A stretch of 64,000 bases of DNA from a virus, in the IMG/VR virus record IMGVR_UViG_3300041583_000284, positions 308 through 64,307 of that record, one strand, 5' to 3'. The translations under genes were made by a program, and so were the position numbers. This document shows positions 36,492 through 45,876 of the stretch, one piece after another. Numbering within the stretch: position 1 is the stretch's first letter; each line of letters opens with the position of its first letter. The notes below the pieces were generated by a model. It ran no database searches. It worked only from the letters and a program-made list of their open reading frames with translations, and was not told the DNA's origin.

Positions 36492-38033
36492 TTAGTCAAG
36501 TATTTCTTTGTAGAGGGTCGTAAGTTTCATGTGGTCACCTTCGCGGGTGTCCAGCATGCTGTACAGGTGTCGCTCCACAGGCGATCCCTGCAGCTGCACC
36601 ACCGTGCACTTATCCGTCTGGCCAGACCGGTGTACCCGGGCGTTGGCCTGTGCGTATATTTCCAAGGACGATGTTGGCCCCCACCAGACCACGACGTTCG
36701 CCGCTGTCAGGGTCACACCATGCGCTGCTGCCTGCGGCTGGATCAGCAAGACCTGCGGGTCTGCTTCACGCTGGAACCGCTGGAAAATCTCCGTGCGCTT
36801 GCTCACAGGCACGTCGCCTCGGATGATGTCCACAGAGTAGCCGTCAGCCCGCATCTTCTCTGCCAAGATGTCGGTGATGTGCGTATAGGGCACGAATACC
36901 AGAACCTTCTTGGACGCCTCGGCTATGACTTCCTTGAGCACCGTGTAGCGGTTCCCGATGTCGAACTCCAACACGTTGCCGTCGTCGTCGTACACGGCGC
37001 CGCAACTAATTTGGATTAATTTATTCATGCCCACCGCAGCGTTCACCGCGGACACGACAGACCCCGAGGTCTCCAGCAGGAGGTTCTTGCGCAACTTCTC
37101 GTAGTAGGTTTTCTGCTGCTTTGTGAGCTCCACGGCGCGCTTGACGTACACCATATCTGGTAGGTCCATGCACTCTTCCTTGGTGAAGCGGATGGCCGGC
37201 TGCAGGGCTTTGTGCACGATCTGGGACGACTCTTTTCGGGGCACCCACTTGAACTGGGTGATCTTAATCATCACCATGTCCTTGAAGGAGCTGAACGTGC
37301 GGGGCACCCCGGTGGGGTTCACGAGCTTCGCCAAGCCGTAGGCGTCCTCTGGGCCCTGCGCGGCAGGTGTGCCAGTCATCATCCACAGCCACGTGTCGGG
37401 GCACGCCTTCAGGATCGCGTTGAGTGTCTTCCACCGCTTGCTCTGGGCGTTCTTATAGGACGTGGCCTCGTCCACGATTATCAGATCGAAGCCGCCGTTG
37501 ATGATCTCGTCTTCCACAATCTCCACGCCGTCGTAGTTGATGATGACGAACTCCGCGCCCTCGGCGAGAATCTTCTTGCGCTTGACGGGGGTGCCGTGGG
37601 CGATGCTCACCGTGCGGTGCATGGCGAAGCTAAAGAGGTCGCCCTTCCATGCCACGTCCATGATTGACACTGGACAGATCACCAGCACCCGGCGGATGCG
37701 TTTGGTTTTCATCAGGAAGTCCGCGGCCCATATGGTGCTGGCTGTCTTGCCTGAACCTGCCTCGGAAAAGCAGAACGCCTTCTTGTGCAGCGTGAGAAAG
37801 GCTGCGGTCTTCTTCTGGTGGGACATAGGCTTGTGCAGCCCGGTCCACTGATAGCGGCCCTCGATAGGAGAGGGGACCTTTATGTTCATGGCGATCAAGC
37901 GCTGCACTGTGGGCATGTCCCACCGCACCAGCACCTCGTGCTCCCCCAAGAGGTGGGCTTTGTCCACCGCCGCCATGATGTGGGCAGGCTCCTTGACTCG
38001 CAAGAGCAAGGCTTTGTTGTCGATGATCTGCAT
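36492..38033 (-). CDS. SNF2-family (SF2) helicase
   Basis: 513 aa. Motif I EAGSGKT, motif II DEATSYKN, motif VI QANARVHRSGQ. Confidence 0.85.
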   Translation of the reverse strand: MQIIDNKALLLRVKEPAHIMAAVDKAHLLGEHEVLVRWDMPTVQRLIAMNIKVPSPIEGRYQWTGLHKPMSHQKKTAAFLTLHKKAFCFSEAGSGKTASTIWAADFLMKTKRIRRVLVICPVSIMDVAWKGDLFSFAMHRTVSIAHGTPVKRKKILAEGAEFVIINYDGVEIVEDEIINGGFDLIIVDEATSYKNAQSKRWKTLNAILKACPDTWLWMMTGTPAAQGPEDAYGLAKLVNPTGVPRTFSSFKDMVMIKITQFKWVPRKESSQIVHKALQPAIRFTKEECMDLPDMVYVKRAVELTKQQKTYYEKLRKNLLLETSGSVVSAVNAAVGMNKLIQISCGAVYDDDGNVLEFDIGNRYTVLKEVIAEASKKVLVFVPYTHITDILAEKMRADGYSVDIIRGDVPVSKRTEIFQRFQREADPQVLLIQPQAAAHGVTLTAANVVVWWGPTSSLEIYAQANARVHRSGQTDKCTVVQLQGSPVERHLYSMLDTREGDHMKLTTLYKEILD

Positions 38034-38047
38034 GGTTTCTCCAGTGG

Positions 38048-38332
38048 TTAGGGCTTCTCGCCCTTCTTGTGCCCGTTGCGGGCCCGGTTCTTCGACGGTG
38101 CCTCGAGCGTGTAGCCGTCAGAGTTCTTGCCACCCTTGGCGATGGCCTTCTTGTGGCTGACATCCTTGCCCTTGCGGGGGACGCCCTTCTTGTCCAGCGC
38201 GCGGCGGGCACGCTGCCGCTCCATGCGACCCTCGTGTTCACCGCGCGACTGTTGCAGTTCATATTCGCGTTTGTAGGGTCGTGGCGACTTCGTGTACGGC
38301 ATGGTGGCCTCCTTTAGAGCTTCGGTCGCCAC
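38048..38332 (-). CDS. small basic protein
   Basis: 94 aa, Arg/Lys-rich. An alternative start MPYTKSP lies at 38302. Confidence 0.45.
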   Translation of the reverse strand: MATEALKEATMPYTKSPRPYKREYELQQSRGEHEGRMERQRARRALDKKGVPRKGKDVSHKKAIAKGGKNSDGYTLEAPSKNRARNGHKKGEKP

Positions 38333-38365
38333 TTATACCACGGGATACGCGCAGAGTGAGCAGGC

Positions 38366-39040
38366 TCATTGTCCATGGTGGGGGCACTCCGTTACAGGGC
38401 AATAGTTGCGGCACAGGCCCGAGGGGCTCGGGTTCCATACGCCAGTCTCGAACGCTCCGAGCAGCTTGGAGTATTTGGCCAGCCACCCCGCCCACATCTG
38501 CTTGCGATCGCGCCTGTGGTAGGTGGCCTTTATCATCTGGTTCGGGACCACAAAGAGCAGGGCCCCGCGCACTTCCTTGATCTCAGGGTACAAGGCGAAG
38601 ATCATGATCGCCATGAGCTCCAGCTGCCCGGTGTCTGCGTACCGGCTGGACTTGCCAGTCTTGTAGTCCACGTAGAAAGCCACGCCCTTCTCACGCTGCA
38701 AGATGATGAGGTCACCGATGCCCCGCACAAAGCAGTCCTTGGCGAAGAAGGTGCAGCCCTCCAGCTTGGTGTTCAGGGCCATCTTGAGTTCGCACAACCG
38801 CTCCCCCTTGATATTCTTCAACGCGTCCAGCACTGGCTTCACGTGGACGAACCGGCCCTCGAGCTCGGTGTCGTCCCGCACGTACTCCTCGCATGCGGTG
38901 TGGAACTCCTCGCCATAGGCTGTCGCCGCGGTCGGAGCACTCGTGTACTCCTTGGTGACGCGGGTGTGGTAGTATTGTTTGGCGCATGTCAGAAAGCCTT
39001 TGAGGCTGCTGAACGACCATGCTGGTAGTTTGTTCATCAA
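38366..39040 (-). CDS. PD-(D/E)XK Cas4/RecB-like exonuclease
   Basis: 224 aa. N-terminal Cys (FLTCAKQYY), core GIGDLIIL...YVDYKTGK...QLELMA, and a C-terminal CRNYCPVTECPHH cluster. Four-Cys Fe-S arrangement as in Cas4-type nucleases. Confidence 0.75.
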   Translation of the reverse strand: MMNKLPAWSFSSLKGFLTCAKQYYHTRVTKEYTSAPTAATAYGEEFHTACEEYVRDDTELEGRFVHVKPVLDALKNIKGERLCELKMALNTKLEGCTFFAKDCFVRGIGDLIILQREKGVAFYVDYKTGKSSRYADTGQLELMAIMIFALYPEIKEVRGALLFVVPNQMIKATYHRRDRKQMWAGWLAKYSKLLGAFETGVWNPSPSGLCRNYCPVTECPHHGQ

Positions 39041-39990
39041 GTGTCTCCATAGTTCTGGGCAGAGCCCGCTTCACAATCGACTGGCAAGCCCTTGGCCCAC
39101 TTAGGCAGCCAGCGCATGCAGTCCTCCACGTAGGCCTTGGCTGTCTCTTCCTCCGCCTTGGGCACGACAATAAGTGCGGAGTCGTGCACGGTCAGGGCGA
39201 TGGGGTATTCTTTTTTGATCTGGAGCATCTGCTCCGCCACGATGATGCGGGCCAGCGCTTGTGTAACATTCTCGATCACAAGAGCGCCGTATACCTTCTT
39301 GCGGCTGGTGCCGCGCCCTGCGTAGTCGAACTGCCACCCTCGCTCGGTCTGGTGCCCTTGCAGGTCGGGGTACTGCACGTAGAGGCCGGAGGGCAGGCGG
39401 ATGCCGAACCGGTCTGGATCCACCCCAAGGACACCGGGCTTGCCGAAATGGTAGGCCGTCTCACGGGTCATGTAGGTCAGCATGTTCCCCGCGTCTTTCC
39501 ACAGCTTGACGATACGTGGATTGGCCGCGCGGTAGATCTTCACGATACGCTGGCACTCGTCCAGCTCGAGGGGGATGCCGTAGGTGCCTTTCATGGTCCC
39601 CTGAAACTTGTCGGGGCCCATGCCAAATCCGCAGCCCAGAACCACACCCTTGCCCACCTGCCGCTGGTCTTTGGTAACGTCGGCTTCCAGCACGCCGTAG
39701 ATGGGGACCGCCATCTTCTTGTAGGGGTCTTCCTTGTCCCGAAAGGTCTGGAGCATGTCCGCCTGCTCCGCGAGCCACGCCAGAACACGCGCTTCGATTT
39801 GGGAGGAGTCGGCCTCGATGATGACATACCCGGGAGGAGCTTCGATGGTGGACTTTATCTTCTTGGCGTTGGGCCCCCGGCTCGGCAGGTTTTGCAGGTT
39901 CACGGAGTCTGAGTTGTGCACGAGCTTGCCATTGGCCACGAACCGGTGCCGGGGCCCGCAATTCTTGATGTCATAGACTGGGACGAGCAT
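39037..39990 (-). CDS. DNA polymerase I family, C-terminal fragment preceded by a 26-aa C-intein-like segment
   Basis: Begins MLVPVYDIKNCGPRHRFVANGKLVHN then SDSVNLQNLPSRG...IIEADSSQIEARVLA (family-A motifs). The extein part is 39040-39912. Confidence 0.85.
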   Translation of the reverse strand: MLVPVYDIKNCGPRHRFVANGKLVHNSDSVNLQNLPSRGPNAKKIKSTIEAPPGYVIIEADSSQIEARVLAWLAEQADMLQTFRDKEDPYKKMAVPIYGVLEADVTKDQRQVGKGVVLGCGFGMGPDKFQGTMKGTYGIPLELDECQRIVKIYRAANPRIVKLWKDAGNMLTYMTRETAYHFGKPGVLGVDPDRFGIRLPSGLYVQYPDLQGHQTERGWQFDYAGRGTSRKKVYGALVIENVTQALARIIVAEQMLQIKKEYPIALTVHDSALIVVPKAEEETAKAYVEDCMRWLPKWAKGLPVDCEAGSAQNYGDT

Positions 39991-40904
39991 ATTTGCGCCT
40001 CTTTGTTATCTCTGTGTTGCTTTGCCCCTGCTTGATCCACATTCGCAGGGTCTCATATGTCAGGTCTGGGCGCTGCGCTTGGAGGGCCCGGATGCGCTCG
40101 CCGGTTATGGACCGCTTGTAAGCCCTCTTGTTGCACGCCTGTTCCTTGCGAGTAGCCCAGCGCAGATTACCCGGCTCGTAGTGCCGGTTATTGTCGATCC
40201 GGTCTATGCTGTGGTCCTTTGAGGGGCGGGGGCCTGTGTTGGCTAGAACCCAAGCAGCTGCGGCGAGGGGCGTCGGGAAACAAAACTGTATCCCGCGCCC
40301 TCCATAGTCAGAGTAGGAAGCACCTGCGGGGTTGGTACAGCGCTGTCTGGCGCCCACCATGATGGACACTAGCGCACGGGCATGCGCAAGGGGGTGCGGG
40401 GTACGGGGGCGCGCGGCGGCTGCATCTGAAGCCTTCTTGGCCAGCTGCGTTCTTTGCGCCGGGGGGAGTGTAGCCATCCGGGCCTTGGAAGCGCAGCTCC
40501 GGCACATCCTCGTCCCTCCCGACAGCAGGTCCGACACGCGAATTGAAGCCCCGCGTCCGCAAGTACACTGACACAAAACCTTAGACTTTGATGCGACCGC
40601 GCCTGTGCACGTTCGGGTCCACTGCGTCAGGATCAGGGCGCCCTCCAGACGTGAGGTAGTGGCCTCCCTGCATCGCGTCTCGTAGGCCAATCTCTCCGGC
40701 GTCCGTAAATACAACATGGTCTTCTGTCCCCCTCACCCCATCCCACTCGATCACTTCAGCAAACCCGCTGAACACGACCCCCTCGTGCTGTACGAAAGCT
40801 ACCCCGTCCCATACGAGGTCGTCGGGCATGACATCTGTTATCTTCTTCTCGTGCATAGTGCCTGAAGTGTCAAGCACTGTGACCGCAGTATCGGCCACTA
40901 AGCA
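39913..40904 (-). mobile_element. split-intein-like element with an embedded free-standing HNH gene (fractured polymerase gene)
   Basis: N-intein-like part 40584-40904, HNH ORF 39971-40717, C-intein-like part 39913-39990 ending VHN|S. The insertion splits the conserved TGRxS / NLQN motif. Confidence 0.6.
39971..40717 (-). CDS. HNH homing endonuclease
   Basis: 248 aa. Cys-rich zinc region (CQCTCGRG...CRSC), YSDYGGRGI, and HSIDRIDNNRHYEPGNLRWATRKEQ (HNH core). Lies between the two polymerase fragments in a different frame. Confidence 0.75.
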   Translation of the reverse strand: MLYLRTPERLAYETRCREATTSRLEGALILTQWTRTCTGAVASKSKVLCQCTCGRGASIRVSDLLSGGTRMCRSCASKARMATLPPAQRTQLAKKASDAAAARPRTPHPLAHARALVSIMVGARQRCTNPAGASYSDYGGRGIQFCFPTPLAAAAWVLANTGPRPSKDHSIDRIDNNRHYEPGNLRWATRKEQACNKRAYKRSITGERIRALQAQRPDLTYETLRMWIKQGQSNTEITKRRKYARPSL

Positions 40905-41870
40905 TCCAGACCAGCGCCCTGTGTGTGCCCCATAGTACCGAAGCGGCACCGGGAACATACCCCGGTCAGCGATCCCGATGAACCGCGCGGTGCGCGTCTC
41001 TTCGAGGGTGGACTTGTTCCCAAGCCGCGCTGCAACGAGGGCCTGCACGTCAGGGTCGTCGTGCTCAAGCAGCGCCTTGAACTCCTCGTCGGTCTTGGCG
41101 AAGGCCCACGCTTCCTTGCCGGTGGTGGCGCTGACCTTGCGTGGGGGGTCCACGCCCATGTCCTGCAACAACCCTGCAAACTTATCGTTGGACATCAGGT
41201 CCTTCTTGTCCGCCCCCACGCGGTCCAGCAACGCCTGCTTGGCCCTGACAGTCTCGATCAGGTGGGCTTCCAGCTTGGGCTTGTTCAGTTGCAGCTGGGG
41301 TTCTGTGAACATGCGCAACGTCATGTCAATCAGCTGGAGTTCCTTTTTCGGGAACCCCCCGGGGATAGAGCCCATGAAGATGTTGAAGAGCTGATAGCAC
41401 AGGTCAGTGTCGTGCTTGCAGTATTTGCCGTAGGCTGCCAGCTCGGTAGGGGTGAAGTCTGCCCGCCGCATCCCCATCGCCCGCAGCACCTCGTCCCCCT
41501 TGGGCGGCAGGTTGTACCGCTTGGCGAGGGCTGCGAGGCCGTGCGATGCGTCGGGGCCATGAATGGCCCGTGACATAGACAACGTGTCCAGCCACAACTT
41601 AGGCTTGATGCCTAAGCGCCACGCAAGGATCGCCCCGTCGAACAGGGTGTTGTGCGCGAGGATCGCAGCGTTTGACCAGTCGATGGTGTGCAGCGCCGCG
41701 TATATCTCGAGGATGTCGCCCGAGAGCCACTTGGCTTTCTTGCCATTCTTCTTGACGGACAGCCCGATAAGTTCAAACCGGGGGTCCCGCACGTATTCTT
41801 CCGTGGTGATCTTGGATAGGCTGTACTCCTTGGAGTAAAACGTCTCCGCGTCTATCGTATAAAGATCCAT
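40581..41870 (-). CDS. DNA polymerase I family, N-terminal (3-5 exonuclease plus N-terminal polymerase) fragment ending in a 107-aa N-intein-like segment
   Basis: The extein (40905-41870) ends ...YYGAHTGRWSG. It is followed by CLVADTAVTVLD... (intein block-A-like Cys-Leu-x-x-Asp-Thr) up to the stop at 40581. Confidence 0.85.
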   Translation of the reverse strand: MDLYTIDAETFYSKEYSLSKITTEEYVRDPRFELIGLSVKKNGKKAKWLSGDILEIYAALHTIDWSNAAILAHNTLFDGAILAWRLGIKPKLWLDTLSMSRAIHGPDASHGLAALAKRYNLPPKGDEVLRAMGMRRADFTPTELAAYGKYCKHDTDLCYQLFNIFMGSIPGGFPKKELQLIDMTLRMFTEPQLQLNKPKLEAHLIETVRAKQALLDRVGADKKDLMSNDKFAGLLQDMGVDPPRKVSATTGKEAWAFAKTDEEFKALLEHDDPDVQALVAARLGNKSTLEETRTARFIGIADRGMFPVPLRYYGAHTGRWSGCLVADTAVTVLDTSGTMHEKKITDVMPDDLVWDGVAFVQHEGVVFSGFAEVIEWDGVRGTEDHVVFTDAGEIGLRDAMQGGHYLTSGGRPDPDAVDPNVHRRGRIKV

Positions 41871-41916
41871 TAGTTATTCCTCCTAATCCAGTCTGCAAAC
41901 AACTTCTAGTGAGCTG

Positions 41917-42399
41917 CTAGGGCACCTTTCTCCAGTAGCTGCCGAGGGCGCTTGCACGCTTCGACAAGATTAGATCAGCGCGCCTCCCCGCAGCCCACAG
42001 CGTTATGCCATGGCCGGGGGACTTGCCGACAGAGCCGTCGGGCCGCTCGAACTTCGGCTTGCCCAGCACCAACATCATCCCTTTGGCTCTCTTGGCGGCG
42101 TCTTGCCACCACGGGGCGCTTGTGCGGTCGGGCGTCAGTGCGATCCCGTTACCGTGCAGGAAGAACTTGTCTAGCCACGGCGAAAGCCCGTTGCGCCCCC
42201 CAAAGGGCGGGTTCATCCAAACAAAACCTTGCCATTGCGCGGTCAGGCTGTCCGAACTGATCCATCCTTTGCAGGGTACGTGTTGCGGCCCTTCCAGTGG
42301 GGCTGCAACGTCGAGGTCAAAAGTTACGCCCAAGGCGTCAAAGATATATTTTGGGGTATACCAATCGTCTGTTGCGCCGGGGGCTTCCCACGCGCTCAT
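41917..42399 (-). CDS. DNA N6-adenine methyltransferase (phage Dam-type)
   Basis: 160 aa. DDWYTPKYIFDALGVTFDLDVAAP and the WMNPPFG catalytic motif. Confidence 0.8.
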   Translation of the reverse strand: MSAWEAPGATDDWYTPKYIFDALGVTFDLDVAAPLEGPQHVPCKGWISSDSLTAQWQGFVWMNPPFGGRNGLSPWLDKFFLHGNGIALTPDRTSAPWWQDAAKRAKGMMLVLGKPKFERPDGSVGKSPGHGITLWAAGRRADLILSKRASALGSYWRKVP

Positions 42400-42548
42400 T
42401 GGTCACCCTCGTCGGCGTTCTTCTCCCGGCGCGCGAGAGCTTCGCCAACATCCCGATGGATGCGCGCGGCCATCAAAGCCGCGGCACCAACCAAGAAAAA
42501 CAGCACGAGCCACAGGATTGAGGTGGCTACGTAGCCCAAGCACGCCAT
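42396..42548 (-). CDS. small membrane protein
   Basis: 50-aa ORF read by hand (MACLGYVATSILWLVLFFLVGAAALMAARIHRDVGEALARREKNADEGDQ). Coupled at both ends (TGATG, ATGA). Confidence 0.4.
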   Translation of the reverse strand: MACLGYVATSILWLVLFFLVGAAALMAARIHRDVGEALARREKNADEGDQ

Positions 42549-43081
42549 CACAGGAACTCGCCATGCTTGGCACTGATCGCGATCAAGTGCTCTGCCTGCG
42601 AGCGGGCGTCGTCCAGCGCGTTGTGGTGGGTGCCGCTGCGAGCCATCTTCACGTCAGGATACATACCCTTAACAGTGCGGTAGCACTTGTCTTTCCGGAA
42701 CTCCCACATCGGCACGCCGCATCGCCTCCCCGACTCGCGCGTCAATACGTTGTCAAAAGGTGCCCCTTTGCCCCATACGCCTTTTAGGCTGTCACCGTAG
42801 GCGCATACAAACTGCATAAAGTCGCGCAAAGCCACGTCAAGTCCAATGGCTTCGTCTTGGGCTTCGGTCAGTGCGTTGCGAGCACTGTCTCCTTGCCGCA
42901 GCCACCACATGACAGTGCTGGGGTCAATAACGGCACCTGAGCGCACGGCGCTGTGAAGCGACACAACGCGGTAGAACGTCTCGTCAGTCACGCCCATGGC
43001 GTTAAACGCCACGGCACCAATAGCCACGATTGGTGCATCCGGGCGAGTGCCCATGGTCTCTAGGTCAAGCATGATGTGCAT
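42548..43081 (-). CDS. DEDDh 3-5 exonuclease
   Basis: 177 aa. IMLDLETMG (Exo I) and HNALDDARSQAE (Exo III with His). Confidence 0.8.
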   Translation of the reverse strand: MHIMLDLETMGTRPDAPIVAIGAVAFNAMGVTDETFYRVVSLHSAVRSGAVIDPSTVMWWLRQGDSARNALTEAQDEAIGLDVALRDFMQFVCAYGDSLKGVWGKGAPFDNVLTRESGRRCGVPMWEFRKDKCYRTVKGMYPDVKMARSGTHHNALDDARSQAEHLIAISAKHGEFL

Positions 43082-43377
43082 CAGTTTGTCTCCTCAATAA
43101 GCAGATAACAGGCTGCGAGGTAGACGATTGCCCCAAGCACCTCGGCCTGCGCGCGGGCGGGTTCCTTACGGCCCAGCATGCCAGAGGCTTCCTGTGTTTT
43201 CTTCATGGCTTGGCCGAGGGAGTACCCGGGCCCCACCATACGTCCGATCTCCATGATGGGTTGGCGGTCAAAGGGCTTGCCGTTGGCGTGGCGCTCCTTG
43301 CCTTTGCCTGCGGCCGCTTGGTTGTAGGCCGCGCCCAAGACGCGGCCCAGCCCTACGTAGTCGGGATTCTCAATCAT
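43081..43377 (-). CDS. dATP/dGTP pyrophosphohydrolase-like (MazG-related) small protein
   Basis: 98 aa. AAGKGKERHANGKPFDRQPIMEIGR...GQAMKKTQEA matches a recalled phage nucleotide pyrophosphohydrolase N-terminal pattern. Confidence 0.45.
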   Translation of the reverse strand: MIENPDYVGLGRVLGAAYNQAAAGKGKERHANGKPFDRQPIMEIGRMVGPGYSLGQAMKKTQEASGMLGRKEPARAQAEVLGAIVYLAACYLLIEETN

Positions 43378-43401
43378 GTGCTTTCTCCAGTGGGTTGTTG
43401 T

Positions 43402-43593
43402 TTAAGACGGTGTATCACGCTGCGCAGCGGTGCGCAAGGCAATCATAGCGTAGGCGTTGGTAAAGAATGGTCTCAGACCTCGTTTAGGGTCTTTTGCTAT
43501 CCAATGGGCAGCGGTCAACTGCGCCGGGGACATCTTATTCAGAGTCGCCAAGAGCTGTGTTTGCTTTGGCGGCTTGTGCTTGCGTCGGGTCAT
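43402..43593 (-). CDS. hypothetical protein
   Basis: 63-aa ORF in the minus-strand operon. Confidence 0.4.
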   Translation of the reverse strand: MTRRKHKPPKQTQLLATLNKMSPAQLTAAHWIAKDPKRGLRPFFTNAYAMIALRTAAQRDTPS

Positions 43594-43886
43594 GGCTTGG
43601 CCTCCTGTGCGGGGGATAAGGCACGTATCTTGAGCGTTATAACTGACGCCTCATCTTCGCGTATTGGTGCGCTGGAATGGGCTGACATGAAGGCCGTGCG
43701 TGATCTGGCAAGACTAACATCGGAGGCATCTTTAAGCCCCTCCGCATACCCATCTGCCTTTGCCGATGCCAGCGCGGCCTCGGCAACGGCAAGGCTGGCT
43801 GATAATGCCGCTATTTGGTCTATGTATGGCTGGCATACTCGCCGGGTTTTCGGTGGGTATCCCATCGGTAATATTTCGTCGGTCAT
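43590..43886 (-). CDS. hypothetical protein
   Basis: 98 aa, ATGA-coupled. Confidence 0.45.
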   Translation of the reverse strand: MTDEILPMGYPPKTRRVCQPYIDQIAALSASLAVAEAALASAKADGYAEGLKDASDVSLARSRTAFMSAHSSAPIREDEASVITLKIRALSPAQEAKP

Positions 43887-44218
43887 TCCCCGTTACCTCT
43901 CTCCCAATATCCGCGTTCATAGGCGGCGCGGGCGTTGTCACGCTCGTCCTCAAGTTTTTGCTCAAGCACCACCTCACGCGCCAAGGATGCGGCAAGCTCG
44001 CGGTGCAGGTCTGGTGCGGCGGCGATTAGGGCCGCGTTCCAATGATTAGGTGTTTCCCCCGCTGTTGGGTAGTAGGTTGTATCACAACCAAAATTGCAAA
44101 CTGCGGTTTCGCCGCTATAAAATCCTCCCAGCCAATCACCTTTACCGAGGTCAAGTTCCCACGTCCCAGGCGTAAAGCCTGTCAGGCGTGCGATTAGTTC
44201 TTGTGGTGTTTCGGTCAT
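43883..44218 (-). CDS. hypothetical protein
   Basis: 111 aa, ATGA-coupled. Confidence 0.5.
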   Translation of the reverse strand: MTETPQELIARLTGFTPGTWELDLGKGDWLGGFYSGETAVCNFGCDTTYYPTAGETPNHWNAALIAAAPDLHRELAASLAREVVLEQKLEDERDNARAAYERGYWERGNGE

Positions 44219-44427
44219 AGCTTTACCTTTTGCATAAAGTCATCAACCTGATCGAAGTGCAGCCAGCCGTCTTTGTACCTCGGGCGGCTATTCGTGGCGG
44301 GTTGGATAAACTCGTCAACACCCCACATTTTTACCAATGCGCAGGTATCACCCAACTCGCAAAGTTCTTTGCCTTCGAGGTCTTTGAAGGCGTAGTAATT
44401 CTTAGGTAGTTTCCAGTCGGGTTTCAT
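44215..44427 (-). CDS. hypothetical protein
   Basis: The internal ATG at 44427 (MKPDWKLPKNYYAF...) is preferred because an upstream micro-ORF stop overlaps it (ATGA). Confidence 0.45.
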   Translation of the reverse strand: MKPDWKLPKNYYAFKDLEGKELCELGDTCALVKMWGVDEFIQPATNSRPRYKDGWLHFDQVDDFMQKVKL

Positions 44428-44570
44428 AGCATCCTCCAAACAAGCCAGCCCAGACCTGCCCATGTGGACAGGCATAGCGTGGCGAAAATAATCAGTACAC
44501 CAGCGCCGGATTTACTCACGCGGTGCGGGCAGTCGCGGCCTTGGCGGCAATTGTGATTGCAGCAGGTCAT
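44424..44570 (-). CDS. small Cys-rich membrane protein
   Basis: 48-aa ORF read by hand (MTCCNHNCRQGRDCPHRVSKSGAGVLIIFATLCLSTWAGLGWLVWRML). Confidence 0.3.
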   Translation of the reverse strand: MTCCNHNCRQGRDCPHRVSKSGAGVLIIFATLCLSTWAGLGWLVWRML

Positions 44571-44639
44571 GGCTTCACCTCATCGCGGCATGCGTGTAAA
44601 GTACACTCGGGAACGCTGGCCCGCCTGTGTTGATCTTGG

Positions 44640-44846
44640 TCATGGCTTGGCCTCCAGCGCCTTGATGGCTTCACGCGGGCGTGGGTCGCGGTATCCGTCA
44701 ACCTTGCATCGCTGTCCGGGCAGCAGAATTGATGCGTGGGCTTTTGGTCGTGCAATCGCGCATTGCGGGCAATCTATGCCGCGTTCTGCACGGTCAGCTT
44801 TCCGCGCGTCCCGAATGTCGTTGTAGTAGTCGCCCATGTCACCCAT
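44640..44846 (-). CDS. small zinc-ribbon-like protein
   Basis: 68 aa with CPQC...C. Confidence 0.4.
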   Translation of the reverse strand: MGDMGDYYNDIRDARKADRAERGIDCPQCAIARPKAHASILLPGQRCKVDGYRDPRPREAIKALEAKP

Positions 44847-45134
44847 CGGTCAGTCTCCATTTGTTGCGTTGCAGTTCCAGCGCCGGCCGATACAGGGCCT
44901 TGCGCAAATCGGTTGGCATCGTTGCCAGCGGGCCAAGGTCGCGGCCAAGGCGGACCACGTCTGCTTTTGTTAGGTTTGTCATTGTGTTGGTTCCTTTGGT
45001 TGGGTTGGTTGTGGATCGTGGTAGGTGCTATGTCAGCCAAGGCTTGCGCCGCCAGACAGTCACCGTGCCCCCGTAGGTTTGCGGCCGGCTCTCGACGATT
45101 TGTAGCTTGGGATTGCCGGGGCAGGTGGGGCAGG

Positions 45135-45413
45135 TCAGCATGACTCGCACTCCCCATCACAATCCTGCTTCTTGAGCCGCACAATTATGCGGTACTTGGC
45201 GCTGCTGGTCTTTTTCTTGGTCAAGCCCACGGGGCCAGTGTACCTCATGTGACCATAGGTGCAGATGTACGCCGAGACCTTGACAAACCCGACGTTCGAC
45301 AGGCACCGAAGGGTTTCTGTCCGCCCAATAGCGAAGTCACTCCAACGAGTGCCCTCGGGCTTACCAGACCAGCGGCGCTGGTTTGGGATGTAAGTGTACT
45401 GGGTCTCCGTCAC
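45135..45413 (-). CDS. hypothetical protein
   Basis: The GTG at 45413 overlaps the upstream stop (GTGA). 92 aa, Cys-rich C-terminus. Confidence 0.4.
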   Translation of the reverse strand: MTETQYTYIPNQRRWSGKPEGTRWSDFAIGRTETLRCLSNVGFVKVSAYICTYGHMRYTGPVGLTKKKTSSAKYRIIVRLKKQDCDGECESC

Positions 45414-45874
45414 GCCCGGTCCTCCCACTCGTCAACGTCAGCGCGGTGTGGGCTGCACGTGAACCATTCCTTTGCTGGGTTGGTCGTGCTTGGCGAGGTG
45501 CGCAGCTCAAACTTGGAACAGCCGCCCTCATTGAAGAGGGTCAGCAGGTGGCCACGGGCCACGCCTACATCGTGCCAGCCCAGCGCGGTGTTCACTTGCT
45601 CAGGGGTCCATACGCCGCCTCGCGTCAGGACATTCGCCACCAAGCCCAGCGGGGTTGGCGCTCCAGAGAGGAGCTTCATAGACAGCACCTGCCATGGCGT
45701 GCGTTCCGTATCGCGCGGGTTCGGCACAAGCGTTGCGTCGTAGGCGCTGCCTATCGTTGCGTTCAGGGAGTCGGCAATCCGCCCCGGCACAAACACGGAA
45801 TCGGCACGGCCTTCCGTGGTCACAGCAAACGTCGAGCCAGAGGGTAGTCGGTGGGTGATTGTAATCTGCGGCAT
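45410..45874 (-). CDS. hypothetical protein
   Basis: The internal ATG at 45874 (MPQITITHRLPSG...) lies just after the upstream stop at 45877. Confidence 0.5.
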   Translation of the reverse strand: MPQITITHRLPSGSTFAVTTEGRADSVFVPGRIADSLNATIGSAYDATLVPNPRDTERTPWQVLSMKLLSGAPTPLGLVANVLTRGGVWTPEQVNTALGWHDVGVARGHLLTLFNEGGCSKFELRTSPSTTNPAKEWFTCSPHRADVDEWEDRA

Positions 45875-45876
45875 TG

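Noticed and set aside
44774-45184. 136-aa minus-strand track ORF.
   Set aside because: Its composition looks non-coding. Two shorter coupled ORFs in other frames (about 44846-44990 and 45028-45141, each under 50 aa) fit the stop-start overlap pattern better. These were too short for me to assert as features.
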